64,000 nt of DNA from Octopus vulgaris. Taxonomy: Eukaryota. Below, piece by piece: positions 11,790 to 26,879 of the stretch; position 1 is the first letter of the stretch; every line of letters starts with the position of its first letter. Location of the stretch: the NCBI GenBank assembly GCA_951406725.2, contig OX597831.1, forward strand, positions 9,548,001 to 9,612,000, given 5' to 3'. The position numbers were made by a program, and so were the translations under genes. The notes beneath the pieces were generated by a model. That model did no database searches. It saw nothing but the letters and a program-made list of their open reading frames with translations, and was not told the origin of the DNA.

Positions 11790-11980
11790 GTAATGGTAGA
11801 TCGCTAGCCACTACACATTCTTTATTTTCTCTCCTTGTTTCTTGCTGTGTTCCTTTCTGTGAAAGAGCGTAGGCTCGAAACGTAAAAGACTTTTTCTATT
11901 CCTGAGCGTTATACTAATACATTTGTTTGTTGTCTACATCACCTGTCTTCGTCTTTTGTTTTTTTGTGAAGTCTCCCTAT
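11790..11980 (+). mobile_element. Short hammerhead-bearing PLE-type repeat, family H1, copy 1
   Basis: Matches 32755-32995 and 63670-63862; contains cttt-ctgtgaa-a-gagc-gtag-gctc-gaaacgt-a-aaag; ends in (TA)n. Confidence 0.8.
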
Positions 11981-11989
11981 ATATATATG

Positions 11990-12058
<69 letters not shown>

Positions 12059-12232
12059 ATGTGAATATGTGTGTATGTGTGTGTGTGTGTGTGTGATTGC
12101 GTATACTTTTGTCCTAGTAATCTAGTGGTTGAGCCAGAGAGTTCGATAGAACGAGTGTCAGTCGTAAATAATAAGATACGGGGACTAAACATTCTTCACA
12201 GCTGCGCCACAGCATCCCCGCGGTGTAACGAC

Positions 12233-12670
<438 letters not shown>

Positions 12671-12961
12671 ATTCTACAAGGAATATTTCAGAGGCAGAAT
12701 GTAATTTTATGAAAGAAGTCTAGATTAAGGAAAGAAACTTCTGGAACATGTGTGAAAGAGAAGTGCTAAACAAGAAGGAATTTTAAAATATAACGAAAAT
12801 AGAAATAATGAAGAAGAAAAGGAGAACCAAAGGAAGACCCAGCACTGGATTGGTTTAAAGAAGGAATCCAAAAATGTCGGAGTAAGTGAAAGAGATAGAG
12901 TCTTAAAGAGAATAGAAAGATGGAAGTGCAAAAAAAAAGAAAAAGCACGAGGAGAATATAT

Positions 12962-13500
12962 TCTTTTCTACTCTAGGCACAAGGCCCGAAATATTTGAGG
13001 TGGTGGCCAGTCGCTTAGATCAACCCCAGGAGGCAACTGTCGACTTTGCCTTTTATCCTTTCGGGGTCGATAAATTAAGTACCAGTTACGCACTGGGGTC
13101 GATGTAATCGACTTAATACTTATGTCTGTCCTTGTTTGTCCCCTCTGTGTTTAGCCCCTCGTGGGTAATAAAGAAATAGGTACTTAATTTATTGACCCCG
13201 AAAGAATAAAAGGCATAGTCGACCTCGGCGGAATTTGAACTCAGAACGCAAAGATAGATGGAATACCTATTTCTTTACTACCCAGGAGGGGCTAAGCACA
13301 GAGGGGACAAACAAGGAGAGACAAACGGATTAAGTCGATGTTATCGACCCCAGTGCGTAACTGGTACTTATTCAATCGACCCCGAAAGGAAGACAGGCAA
13401 AGTCGAACTCGGCGGAATTTAAACTCAGAACGTAACGGCAGACGAAATACGTCTACGTATTTCGCCCGGCGTGCTAACGTTTCTGTCAGCTCACCGCCTT
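12962..13500 (-). mobile_element. Dimeric SINE family A with a nested opposite-strand copy (13039-13182)
   Basis: Two tandem minus-strand bodies, plus a plus-strand segment identical in type to 1150-1294. Confidence 0.88.
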
Positions 13501-13799
13501 ACAAGTAGAATATATTGAGAATGAAAGAAAGTATGATATAGTTTTTAGAAACTCCCCAAAAAACATTGGGTGAATAAATGGTGGGGGGAACCATGCACGA
13601 GGAAAGACAGCGAAACAGTGCGAGAGTGAGCGTAGATATCCTGAGAGACATCCTTATATATATATATATGTTTGTGTGTGTGTGTGTGTGTGTTTCTGTG
13701 AATAATGCATAGGTACACACATACACACGCATACTTATATACTTGTTTACAAGTTTGTGTTCATATGTAAATGTGTATATATACGTATCTATATATCTG

Positions 13800-13836
<37 letters not shown>

Positions 13837-13839
13837 ATA

Positions 13840-13874
<35 letters not shown>

Positions 13875-14041
13875 ATATCTATTTATCTATAGACACACAT
13901 ATGTAAATACATACATGCATATATGTATATATATATATATATATATACACACGCACACACACATATAAAGTATCCACATGCATATATATATGTGTATATA
14001 AAAGCATCGATATGCACACACACAAACACACACACACACAT

Positions 14042-14092
<51 letters not shown>

Positions 14093-14330
14093 CACATATA
14101 TGTGTGTGTGTGTGTGTAAACATGCGGGCACTCGTACGCATGTGTAATTGATATACACACATATATTTATGACTGTATGCATATATACCTATATACTAGT
14201 GTGTATAGGTTTGGATGTAAGCTATATGTATATATACGCATGTTTGATTACAACATAGAAACACAAAGATTGAAGGAGAAGGAGACGGAGAGGGAGAGAG
14301 AGACAGACAGAAGGAGAGAGAGATAGAGTG

Positions 14331-14379
<49 letters not shown>

Positions 14380-14744
14380 TATAGATAGAGAGAGAGAGAG
14401 AAAGAGAGAGAAAGGACACATTTGTGGAGAGCCAACGAGCATTATCTAGAACTGATGCCAAATTGTCCTTGGTGATGGAATCAAATTTGGCAAACATTAA
14501 TAGGTGCCGCTATCTGAAAGTATTTGTCTTTTGTATAACATTTTGTTTTTCATATAATGTAATAAAAGACTTCTTTTCTTTCCTTGTTTTTTTTACCCAC
14601 TCTCGTTTTCTTTTTAATGTTTCATGTTTTTGTTTTATTCTTCGTAAACATACACATCTCTATGTATATACATCGACGAGAAATACGAAGCAAGCACGCA
14701 CCCACGAGCACTGATTTACGAGTATGATGTATATATATATACAC

Positions 14745-14778
<34 letters not shown>

Positions 14779-14837
14779 ATATATATTTATACATATATAT
14801 GTATGTGTATATATATTAATGTATATATATATAGATG

Positions 14838-14892
<55 letters not shown>

Positions 14893-15044
14893 TTGTCAAT
14901 AAATTCTTATATATATATATATATGTATTTATATATGCATATATATGTGTGCATGTATATGTGTATATATATATATATATGTGTGTATATATATATATAT
15001 ATAGATGAATATATATATGTATTTGTCTATACATTCATATATGC

Positions 15045-15086
<42 letters not shown>

Positions 15087-15273
15087 TTATATATCAATGA
15101 TTTTTCCCATGAAAATCTCTCTCGTTACATTTATAGATCTGTTCCACCCCCTCCCGGTTTCTCTCACCTCTCCGTTTTCTCTTTCCCGTTATTTCCTTCC
15201 CCCCTGTACTCACACTCAACATTATTACCTTCTTTTGCCCAGCAACAAACGGAAATATACATACTGACTCTCA

Positions 15274-15315
<42 letters not shown>

Positions 15316-15854
15316 AACATTCTCTCGCCCTCATATACACACATAAATCACCAAATCTTAGTCGGTTCCTTCGATGTAACTACAGTTGTTCGATCGTTTA
15401 CACAATCTCGACACTGAATTTGTGTCCAAGTGGTTGAGTGTTCCATAGATAGAAGTTAGCTTAACGTAAGTTTCACGCAGAATAATGTGATAATTTTGCA
15501 TGGCAATTCCGAACATTCAAAACATAGATATGATCACTTCTGTGATCGAATGCGCAATTTCTATCGACATAATTGCGCTCATGGTGCTTCGTTCGATACG
15601 AGCTTATGCTAAATACTAGACGACATATGCAATATGACACGCGTTGACATGGAATCTAAGACATCATGATTGCAAAGCAAATTAATTAAGCATTCGTTTA
15701 ATCTGCTTTCAGGGCCCTACATAGGTTCGTAAAACTCACCGTAAATGCGCACAGGCTATTTATACCCAGGTTCGCATCAGAGACGTCCGACCAAAATTCT
15801 TGTCAAGTGTATTGAGTACTACTACAAATGAAATCTACTTCGGTGTGCGTTCTC

Positions 15855-15919
<65 letters not shown>

Positions 15920-16049
15920 TACGTGTGTGTGTGCATATGCGTGCGTACGTATGTATGTTTGCGTGTATACATGTATCTATGTATGTATCTATCTATCTAT
16001 TTTCTATCTATCTATCTGTCTACTTATCTATCTATCTATCAATCCATCC

Positions 16050-16142
<93 letters not shown>

Positions 16143-16343
16143 CATATATTATCATTAATGGTGCAAAAACATCACAGTTATGATCGCAGAATCCCGACGA
16201 ACGGGAACGTGAAACTCTGAGAAGCAGATTTTTGTGATATTTTTGTGATGTATTTGCACGCTTTAATAATAAAGCATATTACTCCACCTCCAGTATTTCA
16301 GTACTATTTTTCCCACCTAGTTCCAAATTTATGTGTTTACTAC

Positions 16344-16431
<88 letters not shown>

Positions 16432-16611
16432 TGAATTTAGCGACTTCAATCGTAGCTTCAGTATCTCTATGGTTATCGTTTAATCCATGTATTTGACGCT
16501 TCGTCCGAAATAATCTGATGACTATTTCGGATTCCATCTTACTTAGGATATCAGTGAGTGTACAAAGAAGAAAAAAAACATCAAGAGAAATTCGAAATGT
16601 GTAAATAAGAT

Positions 16612-16897
16612 CTTTTATCTTTTGCTTGTTTCACCCATTGGTCTGCGGCTATCCTGCAGCACTGCCTTGAACTTCTTTGTCGAACAAAACATCCCCAGGA
16701 CTTATTAGTCGGTTAATATTTTTATGGATCTCTTTTTCGGAAGCGCTAAGATGCGGGGGACGTAAACAAACCAAAACCGGTTGTAAAGTGGTGAGACGGA
16801 CAAACGATTACACAAATCTACACGCATACACAAAACAGGATCACTCACACAGACACACACAAACACACACAAACACACACACACGCACACACACACA

Positions 16898-16956
<59 letters not shown>

Positions 16957-17110
16957 CTCACACAAATACACATACACACACAGATGCGTATACACACTCA
17001 TAGAGAAATGTATATACATTATTGTACAATGCATTTTCGCATAATTTCCCACTAATAAATTGTCTCAGGAAGGCATTGCTCGATTCGGGTCTCGGGTAGA
17101 CATCTTACGC
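16612..17110 (-). mobile_element. Degenerate SINE family B with expanded (CA)n
   Basis: cttgtttcacccattggtctgcggc...gcactgccttgaa...ccgaagcgctaag-type blocks in family B order. Confidence 0.7.
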
Positions 17111-17777
17111 AGAAGTTATTCTTTGCCCTGTCATGTAAATCCCTGGTATGGAGATTGCTAGTGAAAACCTTTGCAATGATGGATGCCAAATATATATTTC
17201 TCTTTCTACCTTTTGCTCAGAACAGAGTTCCCATAATGCTTAATAATGTTTCTAAGACTGCCAGGAAGGAAGGAAGTAATCTCGAACCAGACACCAATTA
17301 GAGATGCTTGCAACAGACTGGGTTACACTAAGGCCATCAAATGACGTCATAGAGGCCTACGGATTGAGTCTACGACACAGGTAAATCTCGGTGGAATTTG
17401 TAATCAGATTGAAGAGAACCGAAATATTTTTATCAGAAAACATCGTAGTCGAGGTCCTTTCAGTTTCACCAAAGTACAGTTCTAGCGAGACTGTGTATAT
17501 TTTTATCGACTCTAAAAAGACGAAAGACAAAATTAATTCGGACCAAACACGGCAAGATATTCTGTTCTGCCGGATGTTTTACCTGATAATTCTGATAATT
17601 CTCAGGTAATTATCTGACTCTGATAATTCCTTGCCTTAAAACGGTCGAAGACAACGATGCGTTTATTCACAGTAAAACAAATGACACAAAATAAAAGCGA
17701 CGACACTTATTACTTATACGCTGATGATGTTTGCGACTTTATTATACTCACTTGGTGCACACCAGAGATCGATATGT

Positions 17778-17852
17778 CAATAGATAGATAGATAGATCGA
17801 TAGATAGGTAGATAGCTAGATAGATAGAGAGAGAGGGAGAAAGAGATGGATG

Positions 17853-17927
<75 letters not shown>

Positions 17928-18175
17928 GGATAGATAGATAGACAGATAGATGGATGGATGGATGGATGGATGGATGGATAGATCGATTGATGATGGATAG
18001 ATAGATAGATAGATAGATAAATAGATAGACAGACAGCTAGCTAGCTAGATATGTAGAGTGATGGGTGGATATATATATATATATATATATAGATAGACAG
18101 ATAGATACATGGATTGATGGATGGATGGATAGATAGATAAAAAGATAAATAGATAATAGATAGATAGACAGATAA

Positions 18176-18246
<71 letters not shown>

Positions 18247-18300
18247 GATAGGGAGAGAAAGACAAGAGAGAGCGGGAGAGAGAGAGAAAGAGAGAGATTG
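17778..18300. repeat. (GATA)n/(GGAT)n tetranucleotide array
   Basis: Direct reading; similar arrays at 8130-8342, 15980-16142, 47841-48056 and 59825-59986. Confidence 0.95.
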
Positions 18301-18906
18301 CTAACAACTTTCTATGAATATAACCAAATCATTGTATATAAAATTTTAAGTAGAATATTAAATTCAAATGAATTTCTTCAGTGTAACTTCAGCAAAGCAA
18401 TATAAAGTTAGAATTAATTTGAAACATGCCAGGTCACCTTATTCCTTAAAGGCGGAACCAATTAGTTTTAAAATTTGTTGGATATTTGTGGAATGTGGTC
18501 GATTGAATTTTATTCAAAAATTCTGATTATCTTGTAGAACTCTGATATAAGAGTTGAGGAGAATATTAAAATAAATTGTACAAAGTGCAAACATTATCTG
18601 ATTGAGAATTCCAAAGGTTGTGCTGAGTGCCTAGATAGATGTATTATTGGAATGTGATACAGAATTGCAGAATTCTGAGAAGCCAACGGCAAGACTCAAA
18701 GTAGGCTGTTTTATTTTTCACAATACGATGTTTGATCGGAACTGTTGCTAAAAGTATGCAGAGGGAAGCTGTTTGGTTCAATTCTCCTTCATCTCTCTCG
18801 CGCATGCACACTAATTCATAATATTGTTACTCACTTCCGTAGTTTGCTGTAGATCTTGGAAGTACAGTGTAGGATGTGGTTGTCTCAAACAGAAGATTGG
18901 GTTCCA

Positions 18907-19140
18907 GATGTCCTTGAATGTGTCGAGGAAGACGGAAACTTTTTAAAAACTGCCATAATAGTTGATGAATCGTTGTTCATTGGCCATGACTCAAGATCAA
19001 GGCCCAGTCTTTGCTGAGTAAGAACTCCAACACGATTTCAAGGCGTCAAAAAATCCAAGATTGGAACGAGACAGCTACGAGGTGTCAAGAAAAAAAAATT
19101 TAATTCCGGGCAAGATTCCACCAATAAAAATGATGCTGGA
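18907..19140 (+). pseudogene. Highly decayed mariner transposase fragment
   Basis: Translates DVLECVEEDGNFLKTAIIVDESLFIGHD, resembling the mariner FL..I(I/V)TGDE(S/T)W...YD motif around the first catalytic Asp. Confidence 0.6.
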
Positions 19141-19285
19141 TAAAGTCTGTGGCTTCAGGATACGACTAATTCGGAGATCGTTAATTACCAAATAAATATG
19201 TGCTGTTGTTTCCTTTTTAAAGCACCGTTTCCAATACTCTTTCATCAGACCTCGTGTTTACGCGTGTATAAATGTATGTATATGC

Positions 19286-19394
<109 letters not shown>

Positions 19395-20364
19395 GTTTAT
19401 ATGTGTATGCTTGTATATCTGTATGCATATATCTATGTATGTATGTATTTATTGTATTTATGTATGCATATTTATGTGTGTGTGTGTGTGTGTGTGTGTT
19501 TATTATCAGGCATTTAGGAAAGATGAGCTAGCGTAATATGTATACATGTGATCGTGAACCTTCCCGCTAAGCCGTCCTATCGTTTTGCTCATTAATCTTT
19601 CGCTTTTGAAGACACAAAGCCATAATTTACAGCGATGGCTGCTAAGTTGTTGCGGTCGTACAGTTGTATACATGTTCTCTTGTCGGTGCGGAAAAAATAT
19701 CTTCGCATTCTTTTCAGCTGTCGAAGAGCAATACTGATATGGTGAATCACGCCGCAGCATTTATTCACGGGAAGATTTAAGCACTACCCTGTAAATAAAT
19801 GCTATTCCTGCCATTGATTTAGTACTGCCTTTTATTTTATCAATGATATATAAATCATGATAGTATATATTTAGTACTAAGTGAGGTCTGAGCTAGCAAG
19901 AGTTAAGTTTATTGGTTTTCAGATTAATTCAACACCACTGACAGGGTATGAAAGCTAGACAGTTTGAATGGCTATACGACATACTATCGATTTAACGAGC
20001 AGTAACCCAAGTAGGAGCTTACTAGGATGAATATAAATGTCATAAGTTAGAAAACTGCTGAGGCAAGAAAATTAAAATTCAATACTAGTATGTAACAGAA
20101 ATATTCGTCCGCAATCATTTTTCTTAAAAGTTATTAGTTATTATGTAATAATTTTTCCCGCAGATTCTTGTATAAGTTTAAGTATATAAATTTTTATAGT
20201 AATGGAACTAATGTATGCATATATAACTATGTACCAAAAAAATATGCCAAACCTTACCTTCCACTGCTTATTACATTCTGCCAAAAGCAACACATTGTCC
20301 GCTACACCGGACACAGCACTGAAGTCACTCACGTCTCACACCGATGTCTAATACAAACACTTCT

Positions 20365-20526
20365 TTAACCCCTTACCCGGCAGAAACGAATGTATGCGTT
20401 TTGACCGAAATCGTTTTTTTCTATCTCTGGCGAGTTAACTCGTCAAAAGATAGACTCGCCAAAATCGACAGCAAACGAGTTCCTTCGTCTAAAATCGGGT
20501 TAACTCGTTTCTGCCCAAAGCGGTAA
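20365..20526. mobile_element. Putative piggyBac-like MITE
   Basis: Begins TTAACCCC; subterminal inverted repeat GGCAGAAACGA / TCGTTTCTGCC; right end cggtaa is degenerate. Confidence 0.5.
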
Positions 20527-20771
20527 TTTAAAATCAATATCATTGAATTAAAATTCATAATAAATAAGGTTTGAAATATACCTCGAAATCACCATTCAAA
20601 ACATAGTAAAATAAAACAATTAAAAAATATGTCTGAAAAAATACATTTATTTTCAAAATAATCGTTGGCTAAGGGATTAATGGAAAGAAAGGCGAATCGT
20701 GTCTATTTAGGTGCGTCAGCATGCGGCCACGCAGTTGCATTTTTATGGTCAACAGAAGAATATAGATAGCT

Positions 20772-20822
<51 letters not shown>

Positions 20823-20989
20823 ATGTGTGTATATATATACATCATACACTCTCCCATCTTTAGATGACATATGATGGTTCGGCAATTTCTTTGCTGAACA
20901 ACCACATTAATGGTTTGTTTATAGTAGTCAAGTTTTTATCTTCACATAAGCACATTCTTTTCATCGAATCAACAATACTTGTACAGGTG

Positions 20990-21135
20990 TACTTCGTAGC
21001 ACATGTGAGATGGCAAAATGAACGTGTAATTAAGTGTTTTCCACAAAACCCCAATGCAACGCCCGGTCTGGGATCCGAAATCCCAATCTCGCAATTATGA
21101 GTGTAACACCCTAACCACTAAGCGATGATCCTTCA
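20990..21135 (-). mobile_element. Decayed family C SINE head
   Basis: caacgcccggtctgggatccgaa...ccctaaccactaagc resembles 9790-9870. Confidence 0.6.
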
Positions 21136-21419
21136 GATGTACATGCGTCATACTTTAACAAGAATAGTAATACCTCTTACTTCGAAGTTTCACCCTACCA
21201 AGTAATCATCGGACAGTGGTATACCGTGTTTCATCTTGTCTCTTTTAAGCTTTGAAGCTCTGTTCAATGGGAATTGGGTTTTAGGGTTGGTTGTGGCAAA
21301 GAGGTGCTATGGCAATCTTTAATTGAGTAAATTTGGGTTTGCGTTATTGTTCAGAATTTATTAATGCAAGTAGATCATTATAATTAAATGTGTTCATTTA
21401 CGTGTGTCAGCTTCAGGAC

Positions 21420-22340
21420 ATGAGATTGTGTTTCACGTATTCACAAAAGAATTTCAGTAGATGCTCAGTTTTTTTTAAAATGCTTCACCATTGCATAAAT
21501 TAATACGCCAAAAATAAGATATGAGAAACCAACGCTCGAAACCGAATTCAAGAAATATTTATAAAAACAGCCCACAAAGTTTAAACTTTCTACATAGGAA
21601 TCATAACTTCTAGAACAATGAACTCCTGGAAAGAAATCTACTGATCAACCAACCTTTTTCACCTGCTACCATTCTTCTGTGAACATTACAGCATAAGATA
21701 AACAAACTTCAATACTAAGAAAACCATGATATGCTTGACTGGTAACTGGAATCTTGCAAAACAAGCAGGCAAAATCTTCTTAGCAACACCAACAATGACT
21801 AAACGAATGCGTAGACAAACTAAACCTACCAACGACTGAAATTCTTTAGTGAATTCTTTTAAAACACCCAAATAAACATATCTAATCACAAAGGTTTAAA
21901 GGCTGGACTGAATTTCGGAACATTTAACCTTCACGTTCTCAATTCAAAAGGTTAAATATCCCGTTAATATCACAATGAAACCAATAAGAACTAAACAGAT
22001 CTGTTGACAAATACTTTGCGCCTATTTTACATTCTTCTGTGAACCCTCAAAGAACAACTGCATGACCCCAAGCTGACACACCTAAAAAGACACATCTTAT
22101 TACAAAGATCCCATTGCATGAACAGTTTCTGGACAATACCACAACATGAAATTTAATCAACAAAAATATGCCGAAACACTTATCAATCATGACCTATCGT
22201 AATGATCATTTAACAGCGCTCCGCTTACCACTGAACAATTTAATTTCACAAAGAATATATAAAGCCAAGATAAATCCATAGTTAACACAGCCCGATGATT
22301 TAACTAGTCGAAACTTCGAAGTCACTGTCAATACTATTCA
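21420..22340 (+). mobile_element. Old PLE-like non-coding repeat ending in a hammerhead motif
   Basis: A/C-rich strand, recurrent ttcttctgtgaac motif (21672, 21842, 22032), inverted copy of it near 21440, hammerhead-like fold at 22287-22328; related blocks at 29060-29250. Confidence 0.5.
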
Positions 22341-23779
22341 CACACACACATACATACATACAAACATTGGTATATCTATATTTCTGTAATTCTACTGCCT
22401 TCTACTACAAAAACACCGCCACAAGGAGTCACCACCACTTTTTATTTCAGAAGATTACTTCGAGATGTTCTTGAGGACTTAATGAATTTTACATAATTGT
22501 TTTGTTGTTGCTGCAAATCAATAACAAAGAAATAAGGAAAATATGAAAAATATAAAAAAAAAACATGATTAAATACTGACACAGTCGCAATCTTTCGATG
22601 TACTGTGTTGAAAAGAAAAGAAAAATATTCTTTGTCTATCTATATGTACGTGTACACAAACATACACAGCCGTTTATAAGGTTTAAGAAATAATTATCTT
22701 TCGACGAATCTGTATACAAAATATTTACAGAATTTTATTACATTCAATATAAAATACATATGAATAAATTCGCAATCATCGAATAAACACCAAAGTTTGC
22801 AAAACTCTGGCTTTTATTTGATGATTGTGAAATTAAATATAAGTCAAATTTCGAATACGAAAATTGCTATAATAAAAGAATGATTACGTTTAAAAGTCCA
22901 CAATAGATTTACTTGCAATAGCTTGGCAAAAGTTTGTTCTGTTACAACCAAAACCATGATTTCAAATTTTGATAGACAGTCAACAGTTTTCGAGGGGGTG
23001 GAGGATGTCGACCGCATCCATCTCAGCACTTTTTTTATAAAGCCTAAAATCCTGAAAGGTAAAGATAACCTTGGAGGAGTTTGAACTCCAAAGACAACCT
23101 TGGAGAAGTAGTTTGTCCGGTGTTCTAACAAGTTTGCCACCACGCCGCTTTCATGGTCTGATTAATAATAAACAAATATTTAATTGTACAGTGGTGGGAG
23201 GGACAGTATCATTTATTTTATTAGTAAACGAGGTAATCATTAACGTGCAAATTATACTGGCCATTGTTAACTCATTGTCGAGGCTGTCATATATTTGTGG
23301 CGTGTGGTCTATGAATGATTTATAGGAGTGGAAGACAGAGCCTCACCGCTTCTTCTTGAAGCGTTGGCATTGAAATAATTTAGTAATTTTGATAAAAATT
23401 AAGTTATTAACTTTATTTCTCCAAACAAACTTCATGGATATGATGGAGAAATACAGCAGAAAATATCAAAGTGAAACAGTGTTGTTCAAATACAGCACAT
23501 AATTGTGTTTGTGTGTGTCAGAGAAGACAAGAGATTGGAAAAGATTTTGGTACTTTTTCACCATTACCGATGTTGAAAAACATGTAGGACATCTCCTTTC
23601 AGAAATTCATCTAACAAATAATCAAAGAATGCATTATCGAAGTTTTTGTAAGCTTGAATCTGGCCAACGGAGAAATTTCAACGCTGAATTGGTGTGAAGT
23701 GCTTATTTCATTTCTATACTCTTTGTAGAGAATTATTTAAACAGTATACCTCGTTCTTACATACTCTCCATTAAGTGTT

Positions 23780-24082
23780 TTGGGTAATTGTTGGGTAAAT
23801 TAAAAAATTTGAAGCCTTGTGATTGAATTTGTTAGACAGAAATTGAAAGAAGCCCCTCGTATATGTATGTATCTTTGTGTCTATCTTTGTCCCCCACTGT
23901 CGTGTTGACAATTCGTATTCATGTGTTTACGTTCCCGTAACTGGATGGCTCGGCAATAGAGAGCGATAGAGTAAGTTCTGGTTTAAAAGAATTACTGGGG
24001 TCAATTAATTCGGCTAAAAATTCTTCAAGGCGTTGCTCCAGCGTGGTCCCCACTCTAATCCTTAAAACAAGAAATAAAAGAA
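23780..24082 (+). mobile_element. Degenerate SINE family B
   Basis: gacagaaattgaaagaagccc...gctccagcgtgg...aaacaagaaataaaag. Confidence 0.75.
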
Positions 24083-25024
24083 AACATAATCTAAAATGTT
24101 CTTCGACAAAATCTTGTTATTTGTTATTTATTTCGTGACACGTTCGTTTGTGTGAATGGGACGTTTCGGAAAAGGACAAGACATCATTATTGTTAGCAAT
24201 ATCTATGGGTACTGATGGCGGAATCGGTAGAGCGTTGGAGTAAATGGCTTATTCTACATCCTCAGTTCACAACCCGTTGATATCGAAAGCTGCTCTGATT
24301 GATTTCAATTCATTCTTTCCACATTTGTTTGTTTTTTGCAATAACCATTGTTTTTCTAAATAAAAAGGCTAATACGAATTCTACGAGTTATGATTATCTA
24401 ACTTCCGCACTAAGCCACTCTGTCGATTGATGTATTTGATTGAAGTGAGGCCAGTACATGCCAAGCGCTTACTTTATCGATTGCAGATGATGAAAGGGTT
24501 AATGTTTACTAGCTTTGCCCCAAGGGTACATAATTTGTCGAATAAATCAACCAGATTTCGATTCATTTTATTAACCCGAAGAAAAAAAATGTCAAAATTG
24601 ATTCTTTGACAATGAGTTGTGACTCTGTGCCAATGTTTTTAAAACTCTATAATGTTAGTCTATTTATCATAACATGTGTTCGACCGTTATGCCATTAGTA
24701 GCAACAAAGCTCATCTTGCGTTAGATGCTGTTTTTATCTGTTGACGTCAGAAAGTATAATAGTAAAAATAGGGTTTGAAGTAAGAAGTTAAGGAGAGTTG
24801 AAGGCAAGGGTTAAATAGAAAACCGAACGAGAATGATGCCTTCTATTGTTACAAACTCTATAACTTAATTAAATGCTAATTGTTCAATAGCCTCAAATCC
24901 ATTTCCTAATTTATAATCTTAAATCCTTGCACACGATTAAACAATATCAGGAAGGAATATAAATGTATTTATCACAATAAAAATATGATAATATATGAAA
25001 TACGATATCTCTTCATGTTTTAGT

Positions 25025-25478
<454 letters not shown>

Positions 25479-26879
25479 GACAACAAATAACAAAAATTGG
25501 GTTGCGGTAAGTAAGTACGTCCTCCTACGATCTAAGTTTAAATCTGGTTTGGTTCAACTTTCCTATTCTCTCCTTAGGTTAATAAAATTGCAATCGAATT
25601 CTGGTCGCTTTATTCGACAAACTATGTGCCCTTGTGGCAAAGTTAGTAAACATTAATTTTATTAACTCTTTCATCATCTGAAATCGATAAAATAGGTACT
25701 TAGCATGTCCTGGCTTCACTTCAAACGAACATATCAATCGATATGGTGGCTCTGTGCCAATGTTAGATAACCATAGCTGTTATGGCTTTCATGATTCTTG
25801 CTGGCATTTTTTTTTTACTTCGGAAAACCGTGCTTATTGCAAAAAAGGGAAAAAAACAATAAAGGAAAAATGTTCATTGATTTTACGTTAAACATTTTCG
25901 AACTAGCATTAGTTACAATATTTTGTTCCATACTAATATATTTTAACTAAAACAAACACATTTGGCCATGTTCTCTCCATCGCAAATTTAACTGTTATTT
26001 CTCGTCTGTCGGGATAAAAAACCCAAACCACAACGATGAAATGTAGTTTCAACACGAATGGACCCGCACGAAATTGATCCTAATTGTAGTGATATCTACT
26101 AATGTAAATTAAACAATGAGTATGCATGCTGAAACTGCCAAAACAAAAGTCACAAAGGAAGGAAAAAAAATACCTCTTAAATTAGGAAACTTCAACGTGA
26201 TGACTTATGTTCTTCATAAAAACAAAGAAATTTCCTTCAAATTGAAGATCATTTTCTTAAACACAGGATAAAGTAGTTCTCGGCGTCATTAAAATGACAT
26301 ATCATTAATCCTAGGTTAAGTAACCCCAGTATGAAGGACAGGGAAAATAATATTAATAAAGCGTTACCATCAGCTCAATTATAAACCATTTTGACTACTA
26401 TACTTAACAGCAGGAGCGACGAGGCAAAACATCACTTATTCTAATTTTGCATGTTTTATAAATTAATTGAGGAAATGAATGATGATGGTTTTCTCGTTAA
26501 AAATAACAGAAAATAATATCTTTGTTTCGGAGATAAATGTAAAGTGCTACCATTCACCGTGTGTCTGAAATACACTCCATAATATGCTTATTGACAATCT
26601 ATAATCATAAAAATCAGGGAAGCATCAGTTCCAGCAATAATGAATCTTATTCTGTCGCAATCTTCCATAATATTAACAAACTAGATGAAGTCACTTCCTT
26701 AATTTTACCTGTCGTTATGTCACGGCGGTTCTGGTTTAGATTACTCTTCTTTACATTTGTGACGCATTATGTCGTATTATTCACCGTTTGTTACATTCCC
26801 TTGTCTTGTAAATGTTGTCATTCATAGTATGATAGTGTTAAATCCTTTCCAACCAAATATTTATATATATATATATATA

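Noticed and set aside
16503-16530. Hairpin TCCGAAATA/TATTTCGGA enclosing CTGATGA
   Set aside because: No downstream GAAA or stems in hammerhead order; a 9-bp stem can arise by chance
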